Source: Camelus dromedarius (taxonomy: Eukaryota). Taken from it: a DNA stretch of 64,000 nucleotides. A model generated the notes under the pieces. It did not search any database. It saw only the letters and a list, made by a program, of their open reading frames with translations, and was not told the DNA's origin. The number at the start of each line of letters is the position of its first letter. The stretch's first letter is position 1. Position numbers and translations under genes: made by a program. The stretch spans positions 47,246,001 to 47,310,000 of the forward strand of contig NC_087447.1 in the NCBI RefSeq assembly GCF_036321535.1, written 5' to 3'. This document shows, in pieces, positions 48,468 through 59,829 of this stretch.

Positions 48468-48811
48468 GTAACATTTCCTGCCCATGAATCCCCATCCCTG
48501 CTGATACCTACTCTCCTCTCACAGCATATACAGGCAAGAAGCCTCCCGGGGTGGGCTCTGTAAATAGGGCCTGTTAGAAATTGTGAATGTCAAGAATGTT
48601 AAAGACAAAATCAAGAAGCTAAAGAAAAGCTACAAAGCTTAATTATTTCAGATTGTAATTCATCTGCAGCCATCATGCACATGTGCATGGGTCATTCATG
48701 AGATATGACCACGTCACATGACATGTACATCACATGCTGAGCAAGAAGCACACAAACTGGGTTCCATGGAGTACCAAGTAGATGCCCATTCTTCAGTCAA
48801 TACAATGAGAG

Positions 48812-49292
48812 TGTAGGGGCAGAAAACTTTCCCCTTCTTCCCATCTATTCTTTGGCTGGTCTAATAATTAAATTGACGTAAGACAGATTAATGGGAGAAA
48901 AGCAAATTTGATTATGTACATACAGGAATCCACAAAGACATGAGACTCAAAGGCAAGACAGGCAATTGAGGCTTATATGCCATCCTGAGCTAAGAAATGG
49001 GATGAGGACCTAGGGCTTCAAAGGGGAGGAGGGTAATTCACAAGAAGATAAGAAGAGCAGATGCTTGGTAATCAAATGTTTGCCCTGTAATGTAGATGTA
49101 GTCTTTCAGATAAAAAATGTTATTTCTGGTAATAGTTCCTTCTCTGGTATAGGCCCCCTATCTAAATTCTTTTAGGCAGTTAAGGGAGAGATAAAAGCCT
49201 TTCTTGACTCTGCCGATTCTTGATTGCTTTCACCTCAAAATAATCCACATGCCAAAGTAGCACATTTGGGTAGCATATTCTGCTCCCTTTCA
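48812..49292 (-). mobile_element. ERV1 solo LTR (MER34/MER39-like) 24 bp upstream of the ART2 catalytic exon
   Basis: tgtagggg...gcatattctgctcccttt ca. TSD agag/aggg. Same family as 47316-47785. Confidence 0.88.
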
Positions 49293-49316
49293 AGGGACAT
49301 TTCTCCTTCCTTATAG

Positions 49317-50057
49317 GTGTCTGACCAGGTTGACCTAACATGGCTGACAATGCATCTGACGATGAGCATGTCCACTGTACTGAAGAAATGGAGGAAAAGG
49401 CACCCCAGCTGTTAAAGGAACAACTGGAGGCAAATAAAGAATTTTCAATCGAATGACAATGGACATCAGACAAATGGAACTACATAAAGAACACAAATAA
49501 TGTTTCAAGGAAACTCAGTGATTTTCATGGAACAGCTCTAGTGGCTTCTTCTGGGGGCACTGTAGACTTTAATAGAGCCATAAGAGAATTTTGCAATAAT
49601 TCAGACAATTTTCAATTCAAAGCCTTCCATTATTATTTGACAAGAGCTCTTTAACTTCTTAATCAGGGAGATTGTTATACAGTATACAGACGCTCTATCC
49701 CCATGTAGCATTATAACAGGAGTGGAAATGTACTTTTGGGGGGATTTATCATATCCACTTTGTCTAAAAGAAGAGGTAGGAGTCCTTTTATTTTGAAAAA
49801 ATAGCAGTGGAACGTATTTAAAATCACCACTTGCTTGGGTGTTTCTATTAAAGAATATTCTTACTATCCACACGAATTGGAAGTACTGATTCCAGGGTAT
49901 GAAGTATATCAGAAAGTCAGTATCACCGAAAAGGAAAAATACTTTGACATTACACCTGAGAATCCCAAAAAAGATAAGAGCAATTTCAACTGCTTCTATA
50001 GTGGGTGGAAAAGTAATAGGAGGGTTGACTACCTCTACAAAGTCAGGAGAAGTTCAG
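49317..50057 (+). pseudogene. ART2: ART2 (ecto-ADP-ribosyltransferase 2, RT6) pseudogene, catalytic exon
   Basis: Acceptor ttatag|GTG. Reads MADNASDDEHVHCTEEMEEKAPQLLKE...DFHGTALVA...DFNRAIREF...FKAFHYYLTRAL*LLNQGDCYTVYR...TCLGVSIKEYSYYPHELEVLIPGYEVYQKV...SNFNCFYSG. Stops at 49454, 49652, 49706 and 49802; -1 frameshift near 49338. Phase-1 donor g|gtgagt. Confidence 0.95.
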
Positions 50058-51109
50058 GTGAGTCAAGGTCTGTGTTTGGGATGGAAGTAGTGGAGCCACC
50101 AGGAGGGGAGTGCTGTCTTACCAGAAGCTACCTACGGCAGACAACAGGGAGGCTTCCAGTCAACTGGGGAGCACTTTGATCCTGAGCAGAAAGCTAGTGT
50201 TTCAGAATAGAAATCAGAGCTCAGGCCTAGAGACCCATGGCAATTCCTAGTCCAGCTAAGCTCCCAGTCTCCCTGCTGTACTCAAAGGTCAAAAACATCT
50301 GCTGGAAACCAGGGAACATAAGTCATGTAGAGCACCAGAATGTGTGGCAATGAAGTGGGTCAGGGGAGTCGGGAAACCTGGCTCTAGGCAGAATGGTGTG
50401 GCCCCTGCAGTAATCCAGGCAAATATCCAGGTGCTTGAACTGAGGCAGTGGCTGTGGTGATCAAGGGAGGTCAGGGAACTGGCATTTCTAGGTGTTTCAG
50501 GAGAAAGAATGAAAGCTGGACGGACTGAGGAGTGTGGTCAGAAAAGAGGATGGTGGACCTTGAGATTTCCAGTGTACATAGTTTGCAGGTTCTGAGTATG
50601 TTAGAAGACATTTCTATCAAAGTGGCTGTCTAGAATGAAGGAAAATAGGTGAACAGTGTTGGAGCTGAGGAGATCAAAGATCTGAAAGCTTTTGCATGAG
50701 TGGGCCATGTAGGAGACCACATACACAGGGATGATGACTGGCCTGATGGAGGTTAGAAATGGGAAAACCAGAGGACACACACCTCAGTGAAGGTATATCA
50801 GTAAAGGCTGGAAATAGCAATGGAGAGCATAGAGAAATATTCCTGAGCATAGAGAAAGGTTGTTACCTCTCCAGCCCCAGGATGGGTGAGAAATGCATCA
50901 GGAGCAGCTCCACTTTATTCAGCCTTTCCCAAGGTGCCCTGGCTCTCAGGTTTCTGTGCATTGTTCCTTCTGGACTGAAGTCTTTTTGATTTCATGTCAT
51001 ATTTCATCCAATTTAAGACACTATCAATTTAGTAACTGTATTTTTAGATCTCACTCAAATATCACTTCCAACGTTGAGCCTTCCTTGATACTTTCAGGCA
51101 AAATTTATG

Positions 51110-51335
51110 ATCCGTGCCACAGGTCTGGGGTCAGATGACTTCAACGGTAATCCAGGCTCAACCACCACTGGCTCTGTGACTTTGGGCAAGTTACCTTAGC
51201 AATCTGTGTCTCAGATTGCTTCATTTGCAAAATGAGGACACAAAAAATAAATACTCAGGAATATTTCTGTGAGAATTAAAAGAGAGAAGTTCATAGTTTA
51301 TTGCCTGGCACTTAGACATGGCTTAACAAGTACTA
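51110..51335 (+). mobile_element. MIR SINE
   Basis: ctctgtgactttgggcaagttacc...ctcagattgcttcatttgcaaaatgagg core. Confidence 0.8.
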
Positions 51336-52345
51336 TCCTTTTTCCCATACAGAACCTTGTATGCATCTCAGCCAACACTCACCATCTCTGTGATAACCAT
51401 TTTTTAATAGTCTGGTGATCTTTTTAATGCCAGAGACTTTCTCTCCCTGTTCCATTTGCAACCATAGCCTGTCACTAATTCTTGGCTTGAATCAGAGCCT
51501 CAGTACATGTTGTTGAAGTAAGTTAAGTTTTGTTGAGATGCCAGGATCCAGCCAGAAGTGGAACTGAGTTGCATAGGGACTAAGCATCCAACAAGTTTCA
51601 ACCAACTTAGTCTTTATGCTCTAAAAGGGTCCTGGAAACAAGAGGAATGTTTAGGGTAGAGACAGAACCACAGAAAGTGATTACCAGGGGACTCCAAGCT
51701 TTTACATGGAGGAAGTTTTAATTTGGATCAAGTCGAATGAAAACATGATACCCAGGTAAACAATCCAGCAGAGGAAAGCTGGATTTGGGTTGATGTTCAT
51801 TCAGATTCAAGGAGGCTCAGAACCCCAGGAAAGGAAGCCAGATCCCACCAAGTGTCAGACTCCAGTTAACAATGGTTAGTAGAGAAAAGAGCGTATGTGT
51901 TGGTGCAAAAGATGAATTTCTGCAAGGTCCAGACCCAGAAACATCTTTCTGGGTAGACAAAGACAAGCATGGAGGGGCTTCCACAATGGCCAGGGAGCTA
52001 CAGGCCCCAGGTAGGGAAAGTCTCTCTTACCCAGGTACTGTATCTTGGAGCACAGGTCTGTGAGAGAGGCTGAGGGACCCCTCTGGCCTAGAACTCAGTC
52101 GATCTGAGGTCACCTTAAATTCAGAGAACCAGAAGGATGTGTCCTCACAGTCCGCTCTGCCTGGTGTTCCTGAGTACTTCAGGAATTCCTGAAAGTCAAG
52201 GGGAGTCTAATTGCTGGCCAAGGGAGCCCCAAAAGCCCTACCCTCCTAGTTTTTTGATCATAGTGTGAAGCTCAAAAAGTTTGACAGGCCCACATCTTGA
52301 GCACCCCCGAAGAGAAATCCTTCCTCCTCTTCTTCCCATCTGCAG

Positions 52346-52414
52346 GAATGAGAGAAAACCCTTCTGCTGCTTCCTGGCCTCCTTGTCCTGTTGCTCCTCC
52401 CTGCTGAGCTGTAA
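52346..52414 (+). pseudogene. ART2: ART2 pseudogene (copy B), GPI-signal exon
   Basis: Acceptor cttcccatctgcag. Phase 1 gives GMREN, then after a frameshift LLLLPGLLVLLLLPAEL*, like the rodent ART2 C-terminus (GSRESC...LLV..L.LAEP). Confidence 0.88.
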
Positions 52415-52499
52415 CCCTCCCCTGTGTGGTGCCTCTGTGTAGGGTGTGTGAGGACGGATGTGGGAGGGAGGCAAAGAGGCAGGGAGGTCCTGCTCCTTG

Positions 52500-52806
52500 C
52501 CAACCATGGATTGAAAATACTGGGGAAAAAAATTTCAGAAGGTTCCAAAAAGCAAAATTTGAACCTACCATGCACCTGGCAACAATTTACATACTATTTA
52601 CATCATATGTAGAACTATTTACATAGCATTTATGTTGTATTAGGCGTTGTAAGGAATCTAGAGATGATTTAATGCATACGGGAGGATGTGTAGAGGTTAT
52701 ATGCAAATACTATGCCATTTTATATAAGGGACTTGAGCATCCTTAGATTTTGGTATCTGCAGGGGGTTCCTGGAAACAATTCCCCACAAATACTGAAGGA
52801 TAACTG
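52500..52806 (-). mobile_element. MER2/Tigger3-type DNA transposon
   Basis: ttatatgcaaatactatgccattttatataagggacttgagcatcc...ctgaaggataactg|ta. Confidence 0.85.
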
Positions 52807-53700
52807 TATTAGGAAGGGTGGGGCACAAGATCATTTTTGTGGCCCATATTAGTGTTCATGTCCCCTAAGACATCTGAGGTATCTGAGGTATCTGACTACA
52901 AAAGTGTATACTCTGTCTTCAAATTTACTACCGAAATCCCTAGTCTCTGGACATTTTGCTATGATTAACAAGCAATGTTTTTATGCACTATCAGCAGTGA
53001 CAGTCTTAAAAATGCAATTTCATGGTGATGAATGTTATAATCTAAAGAAATAAACCATTTATAATCACATCTTGCTTTTCTGTTACCTATATATTTCTAC
53101 AGTTGTATTATTTGCTCAAGAAATTCTCTTAAAGCATTAGATTTGATGCTGGCATTTTCACAGTTGAGAAGGTTCATGTCTCATACTTATCACAGATATC
53201 CCTGCAGCCCTGATTGAGCTAGCAATACAAGTGCTGTCTGAGATAAATCCCTCTTCCTACACCACCCTCCAGAAATCCAAGCACTCACCAAGCCCTGTCA
53301 ATTACATTTAATAATAGCTCCTAAATATGTTCCTTGCTTCTCACTTAAATTATTCTTGAGGAAACAGATAGGTACGTTCTGATGTGCAAACAGCCAGGAT
53401 GTCCAGACCCAGAGCCTGGTGGTCTACTCACCAAGGGTGGGTTTGGCTAAGAGGCACAGAACTCAACTCACTTATCATTCCCCACTCTCCATGCTTGAAG
53501 AGTGCCCTGCTCTTGGCCTACCAAATTACAAAGCTATTGAGACAGATTACAAAGAAATGGTAAGTGACACCATAAAATAAAATGGTATAATAATAGACAA
53601 AAAGAACATTGGAGAGAATAAAGAGTTAAGACAAAGATCTATGCAAGCACAGGCACTCCAGATATGGCAGGGGGTGCCTCACAAGTCAGGTGGAAAAGGT

Positions 53701-54194
53701 TGTTACTGAATTCAACCTTGTACTGCTTGCCACACAACAGGCCAATAAACCAAGAGACGAGGTGTTGGGGCAAGGAACAGCGACTTTATTCAGAAAGCCA
53801 GGAGACTGAGAAGATGGTAGACTAGCGTCCCAAAAAATCATCTTACCTGAGTTAGAATTCAAGCTTCTTTTATACTAAAAGGGGAGAGGGTGTGGTTGGT
53901 TGTTGCAAACTTCTTGGTACAGGAATCTGTTCTTGCAGTTGTCCAGGTAGGTCAGGTCACAATGTTCTTATAAACTTCCAACAAGACAAATATTAGTCTC
54001 TGTTGTGCAACTTTTTATCTCTATATGAATGGAAAAGCGTTATATCTTTAAAGGTCAGAGCTTTGAGAATAGGCTATCCTGTGTATTTCAGGCTATAGGC
54101 AACATTCTTAACTTGTAGCAAAAGCAACAGAATAGAAGGTTAAAGTAAAAGAAACAGATCCAACATGGAGTCAGATTTGTTCTTCCCTATTACA
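53701..54194 (-). mobile_element. ERV1 solo LTR
   Basis: tgttactgaa...ctattaca termini, minus-strand AATAAA near 53785. TSD aggt/agat. Confidence 0.88.
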
Positions 54195-54399
54195 AGATGA
54201 GTCAATGAATAGTGTTGGGATGACTGGCTCTCCATATGAAAAAACAAAAAGAAAAAGGAATTGCACCGTCTATAAAAGTAATCACAAAGAAATTAAAGAC
54301 CTATATTTGAAAAATAAACCTCTAAAACTATTATCAAAAATGTATAATTTTTTTAACCTCAGAGAAGGAAGATATTTCTTATAAACAGACAAAGAAGAG

Positions 54400-54900
54400 G
54401 TTTACTTCTTATTCCTGCTTAATTCAGGCCACAACAGGGCTCTGTTCATAGTCACACAGGAAAGCAGGATGCTGGAGGCTCCGTCACAGAACACACTTTC
54501 GTTATTACCAAGTTGGGGAACGGGAAGGCAGTGCATGGCTGACTGTATCCCTGATCTCATCACTTCCACTCCCATTTTGTTGATCAAATGAAGTGGCACG
54601 GCCACATCAAACTTCAAAAGGGTCTTACAATGTTCCTACAAGAAGAAAGGAGAAAAATTTGTGGTAAGTCCTATTGACTGGGTAAGTATTAACTAAGACC
54701 CAAAAGCACAAACTGTAAAGAGAAAATCAATTTAACACAGTAAAACAATATAGCTAAAATTTACTGGGTGCCTGCTGTATACTAGGCATTCATTGTTCTA
54801 AGCACTTTACATGTTTGTTTACTCATTTAGTCTTCATAATAACCTTATGAGGTAAGTTCTATTATTTTTCAATTTTCCAATTGAGGCACTGAGAGGTTGT
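54400..54900. mobile_element. MLT1-like LTR fragment (54400-54680) and MIR (54745-54900)
   Basis: MLT motif catcacttccactcccattttgttgatcaaa..gtggcacggccaca. MIR motif agcactttacatg...ctcatttagtcttcataataaccttatgagg. Confidence 0.65.
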
Positions 54901-55622
54901 ATAATTGATGGTCAAAGAATAAAACACAAGTAAGAAACAAGGGAAGGGAACATACTAGGGAAAGATGGTAGGGGATGGGGGAGGAGGTTAAGTGTTAGGA
55001 GGGCTTAGGCTAATTATGCAGTGAAAACTAGCACTCTAGATAGGATGGATTGAGTCCAGAGATCCCCACACAATTGGCTACAATAAATCCTATTGTTCTT
55101 TGGTAAGGACAGAGTCTTCAGTTAGAATCTTGCATACAGGAGTCATTAAAAATTCATGATTGTTTATCAACTTCAGCAAGAAAGAGCCACTTGTGATGAA
55201 ATAAAGCATTCTGTTTTACTATCTCCTCAGGAAGTGCTTCTGCCAATCAAATTTTTCCTCTAACACAGCAGGTAAATGAAGTCAGGGTCAAACATTTAAA
55301 CTTCTGAATGGCAAAAGACACCACAAACAAACTTAAAATGCAGAAGCAGACTAGGAAAGGATCTTTGCAGGATTTATAACATGTAAAGAATATCTACAAA
55401 TCAATAAAAAAGACAAACAATAGAAAAATTGGAAAAACATATGAACAGGCAATTGATCAGTGAGAAAAACAAACATTTTTAAATGCTCCTTTTAATGCAA
55501 ATTGCAACTGAAATGCAAATTGAAACGAGATATTACTTTACCTATAAGATTGGCCACTGACCTTATCAAGCTGTTGCTATTTAAGCAACATCTTATTCTA
55601 GCTATGAATCTGCATGAGATTC

Positions 55623-56537
55623 TGTAATCGAGCAGGACCCTATGAGGCCTTCCCAGGACAGACTCCTACTGCTTCTATCCCAGTGTCCTCCATCTGCCTC
55701 TTGTTTGTAGCAGTAAAGCTTTAGCCTCCTAGGCTTTTCTCAAGTTCCAAAGAATAAATTTAATAAGAGAAGTGAGAAAATGCAGAAACAAAGAAAACAG
55801 TGAAGCAAGACAAAATAATAATAGTTTAGCCATTAAACAAAGTCAAGGACATTTAGTTTCTTCTCAGGGGCTATAAATAATTTCTGAGCCAAACTCTTCG
55901 AGCTGTTTTGCAGATATTGAAACCCCTACCAGGTAGAAGAAGTTAACTGTATGCTACCCACAAGCACATAGACCCAAGACCGTTGAAACCAGAAGGCTGA
56001 TGATGTTGACTCCTGATTACCTCACCACCAACCAATTAGAAGAATGTTCATGCACAAATGAAATTGTTTGCAGGACAGGGACAGACTCACAGACATAGAA
56101 CACAGACTTATGGTTGCCAGGGAGTTAAGGGGGTGGGAAGGGATAAATTGGAAGTTTGAAATTTGTAACTCTTGGGGAGTGATGGAAATATTAGCTATCT
56201 TGATTGTGGCAGTGGTTTCATAGGTGTATACATGTATCAAAATTCATCAAATTGTACATCTGAAATATGTGGTTTACTGCACAGAAATTATACCACAATA
56301 AAGTTGTTTTAAAAAGAATGTCCATGAACTGATTATACACCCCAAACCCTCTCCCTCACCCTGTCCTTAAAAATCTTCCCCTGAAAGCCACTGGGGAGTT
56401 TGGGTCTTTTAAGCACTAGCTGCCTGGACTCCTTGCTGTGAGCCCTGCAATAAACACTGCACTTTCCTTCACCACAGCTTGGTGTCAGTAGATTGGCTTT
56501 ACAGCATGCCAACAGACCCAAGTTTGGTTCAATAACA
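55623..56537 (+). mobile_element. ERV1 solo LTR interrupted by a chimeric L1
   Basis: TG...CA termini, perfect TSD ATTC (55619-22 and 56538-41). Homologous to 31431-32030. Confidence 0.92.
56053..56313 (+). mobile_element. 5'-truncated L1 with chimeric 3' tail, copy 2
   Basis: Same junction as 41789-42121 (aaatttgtaac|tcttggggagtgatggaaat, about 56169). TSD aagaatgt(t/c)catg at 56040-52 and 56314-26. Confidence 0.87.
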
Positions 56538-56736
56538 ATTCAATATCTCTTGTTCTTCTATTTTCCTTTTCAGTGGACATTGTTTATTTAATATCCTGAG
56601 AAGAGGGGTCTGGATGTATCCTTTAAGGTTATAAAGTATATAACAGTTAATAAGCAATCCTGTGTATAAGCTAGTATTTCCATACCAGTGAAATATTTTG
56701 TATAGTTTTTCATTCTATTCAAGAATGCATAAGTTT

Positions 56737-56825
56737 GGGGGGAGGGTATAGCTCAGTGGTAGAGCACATGCTCAGCATGCATAAAGGTCCTGGGTTCAAT
56801 CCCCAGTACCTCTATTAAAAAAAAA
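56737..56825 (+). mobile_element. Vic-1 type SINE (short variant)
   Basis: Near-consensus head. TSD aagaatgcataag. Confidence 0.93.
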
Positions 56826-58401
56826 AGAATGCATAAGGTCAAGAAGTGTGTGATGCCTCTTTCCTTTTTTTCTCTTCTGCATCCAGACATCCATGACCCT
56901 TTCATTTTCACTTTCCATTTACCAGACCTTGTTCTTGTGGGCTCTAGCAGACCTCTCTTTTCCCTTCTCTGCTTTTCCCTTTCCACAATCACAACACTTC
57001 TGCAAGTTCCTTTTCTTTCAAGTCATCGCATGCCCACCCAACAGACATTAGCTTGTAGAAGAGGTCAGCTGCACACTGAGGCTCGGGCCTCCTTAGAACA
57101 CTCATGCTAGGTGAGAATGAGTAAACTGGGCTTCAGAGATACTTCTATAACTGAAAGACTCTTTTTCCTCAGTTTGTTCAATAAATCGTGACTGGAATCA
57201 AACACAAACCAAAAATGGCAGAGCCTGACCTCTGAAGACAAGGGTCTCTGTTTAGGCTTCTCCTGTTCTCCTGGGCATCAGGGGTCTTGTCCACTCTGGC
57301 TGTACCCAGACTCTTCAGCCAGTCTGGTAGTTTCTACTACAACTGTCCAACATCAGGAGGATTCTGGGAAGGTTTTGAAACATGTATCTTCTGGGGGAAC
57401 ATTTTAGCTGATTAAAAAGCCAGAAAGTTTTCAGAGAGAATATGCTGGAATCTTAAAGCACAAAGGAGAAACAGAAGGAAATTGAGGTGGCAAAGAAGAA
57501 CAGCCGAGGTTTGGTGGGGGAGCAGCTGGAGGCTGCATTATGAAGTAAGACTGTGATATTCCTGAGCAAAGATGCTCGTGGGAGTTTGGCCCAGTTCATG
57601 ACAGACTCTTGCTGGTGGTTGTAGATTTACCAATGCTGACCTGGAGAGCCAGGTGGGAGAATTCAGAGATGCCTTAGGTACTTACTGCTACCACTGCTTC
57701 CCAGGATAATGAGGCACTGACAGGACTTCTTATTTACCTAGGAAAAAGGTAGCATTATATTCACAAGGGTCTTATTGTTGGGATGACCTAGAGCAGTGGT
57801 TATAGAATCCTGGTTCACAAGGCCCCATCAACAAGAGTCGAGGCGGAGCCCTAGAACTGTTTGTATTGATAGACCTCCCACCCTTCCCTCACCCCAACAT
57901 TCACAGGCTCACCACCCCTTTCTGCCTGGGGACCATAAGGACCAATCTCATTTTGCCCTTGGCCCCTTTTTATGAAGCCCAGATATCAAGGTCATCCACA
58001 TAAGGCTCCACACATTCCCATCTCTAGCCCCAGATCCCATACTTCTTTACCTTCTGAAATGCTTCCACCATGCCCCCTGGAACTCATGGTCAATGGTTAG
58101 TAAGATACCCCAGATTGTCAACCTCTGTCTAAGGGTTGCCTTCACCTTTAGGCTCCAATTGAAACATGCCCACCCCTTAAGACACTGCAACTTCATTCTC
58201 CAAATGCTTAGACTGAGAAAGTTGGGGTTATCCTTGACTCTTTCCTTTCCCTCACACCCCACATCTGGTCTACAAGCAAAACTTGTTGTTTCTAACTTCC
58301 AATTATATACTGAATCCAAAACAATCATTTCTCACCACTGCATTGCTACCACTTTGGTCTCAGCCCCCACTATGTCTCACCTGGATTGTTTCAGTGACCT
58401 C

Positions 58402-58918
58402 TGCTATGGACAGCAATCAGATTGTCTTTCTCAACCTCCCTCATTGCTCTCCTCACTCTTGGGGAGATTGGAGAGCTAAGAACTACATTTCCCAGACCCT
58501 ATTGCAGTTAGTGTCTGTCAATTAGTTCCTAACAGTAATCACACACACACAATGCAGAAGGTGGAAGAGGAGCTCATCTTACTGCTGCTGTGACTGCAGA
58601 CAAGCAAAGGTAGACAGACAGGACTATTTCAGTTGTCAGATTCTGGGCTCCTGGTTCCTTGCAAGGTCTCTCCATCAGCTTCATGGGTGTGAGAGCCAGT
58701 TGTGGGTGTAACAATAATTGTAGTAGAATCAACTTTCTGATAACTGGGTTTCAGTCACAGTGGTGAGACTTTGAAGTCCATGCCAGTGAGGACCCCGACT
58801 GCTACTCCTCCAAGCCCTTTCAACAATTTTATAAGCTCTTATTTCCCTATATTGAATCCCTTTCTGTTTAAAATGCCTGAGCGGTTTCTGTTTCCTTCAC
58901 AGAACCCCGACTGATACA
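58402..58918 (+). mobile_element. ERVL solo LTR (LTR33-like)
   Basis: gagagctaagaactacatttcccagacc...ctgataca. 5-bp TSD ACCTC at 58397-401 and 58919-23. Confidence 0.85.
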
Positions 58919-59320
58919 ACCTCCTAACCAATCTCCCTGCTTCCAGTCTCACCAGAATGACTGTAAGCTTCAGTCTAAACATGTCGCTTCTCTGCTCAAA
59001 TACTCAAATGGCTAACAGCCAAAGACTATCTACTGTCCCAAAATGGCCATAGCCAGTTTGGCATCCCATAAACATTCTGATCTCATCTTCTATGACTCTC
59101 CAAATTGCTCACTCTGCTCCAGCCATACTGACCTCCTTATAATTTCTGAGACATGCAGGCACATTTTTGCTTCAGGGCCTTTGATTTAAGTTCTTGCTGC
59201 CTGGAGTTCACTTCCCCCAGATATCTGCCTGGCTGACACAGCTTACTTCAGGTCTTTACTCAAATGCCCTGTTTTCAGTGAGGCATGCCATGTTTATGTG
59301 CAATTGTAATTGCCTCCCTA

Positions 59321-59321
<1 letters not shown>

Positions 59322-59365
<44 letters not shown>
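59322..59365. repeat. (AC)n microsatellite, about 22 units
   Basis: Directly visible. Confidence 0.98.
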
Positions 59366-59367
<2 letters not shown>

Positions 59368-59829
59368 CCTGCTTTATGCTTCTCCTTAGCACTTGTCACA
59401 ATTTAAAATAATATACATGTATTTTTTACTCTGTTTCGTATCGCAATCCACCTGCTTCATACTCCTGGTCATTCTTGTCCTTCTCTAAGTTTTCTTTTTG
59501 CCATAGCAGTTACTACCTGCAAGCATCCTGTATTGTTTATTTCTTTGTTTGTTTATTGTCTGTCTCTTCCCATCTCTGGAATTTAAGCTCCAAGAGGGCA
59601 GGGCTCTCTGTATGTTTACTTCACTGATGTGTCCCGAGCACTTAGAATAATGCCTGGCATGTATTTGGAGTTTAGGAATCCTTTAATGAAAAAATTAATT
59701 ACCTTCATTCTACAAATGGGGAAACTAAGATGTAGAAGAGGATGCTTCCTCGGGGTAACCAACCAAAAAGAGGCAAATCTGGAGTTATCCAGGGCAATGG
59801 TGGGGGTGGAGCAGGGGAACTGCATTAAT

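Larger units (their letters stand above)
57960..59680. mobile_element. L2 LINE fragments interrupted by an LTR33-like element
   Basis: L2 motifs ctctgctccagccatactgacctcc..., taagctccaagagggcaggg...agaataatgcctggcatg. Confidence 0.75.

Noticed and set aside
49835..50179. 114-aa ORF as a functional short ART
   Set aside because: TTG start, lacks the catalytic Arg region and signal peptide, and reads through the splice donor into the intron. It is only the tail of the pseudo-exon.
52020..52070. Minus-strand splice donor (cttacc) suggesting an antisense gene
   Set aside because: Lies in the last intron of + strand ART2, with no partner exon or ORF support.
58047..58525. 128-aa and neighbouring ORFs
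   Set aside because: They span an L2 fragment and an LTR33-like junction; chance ORFs.
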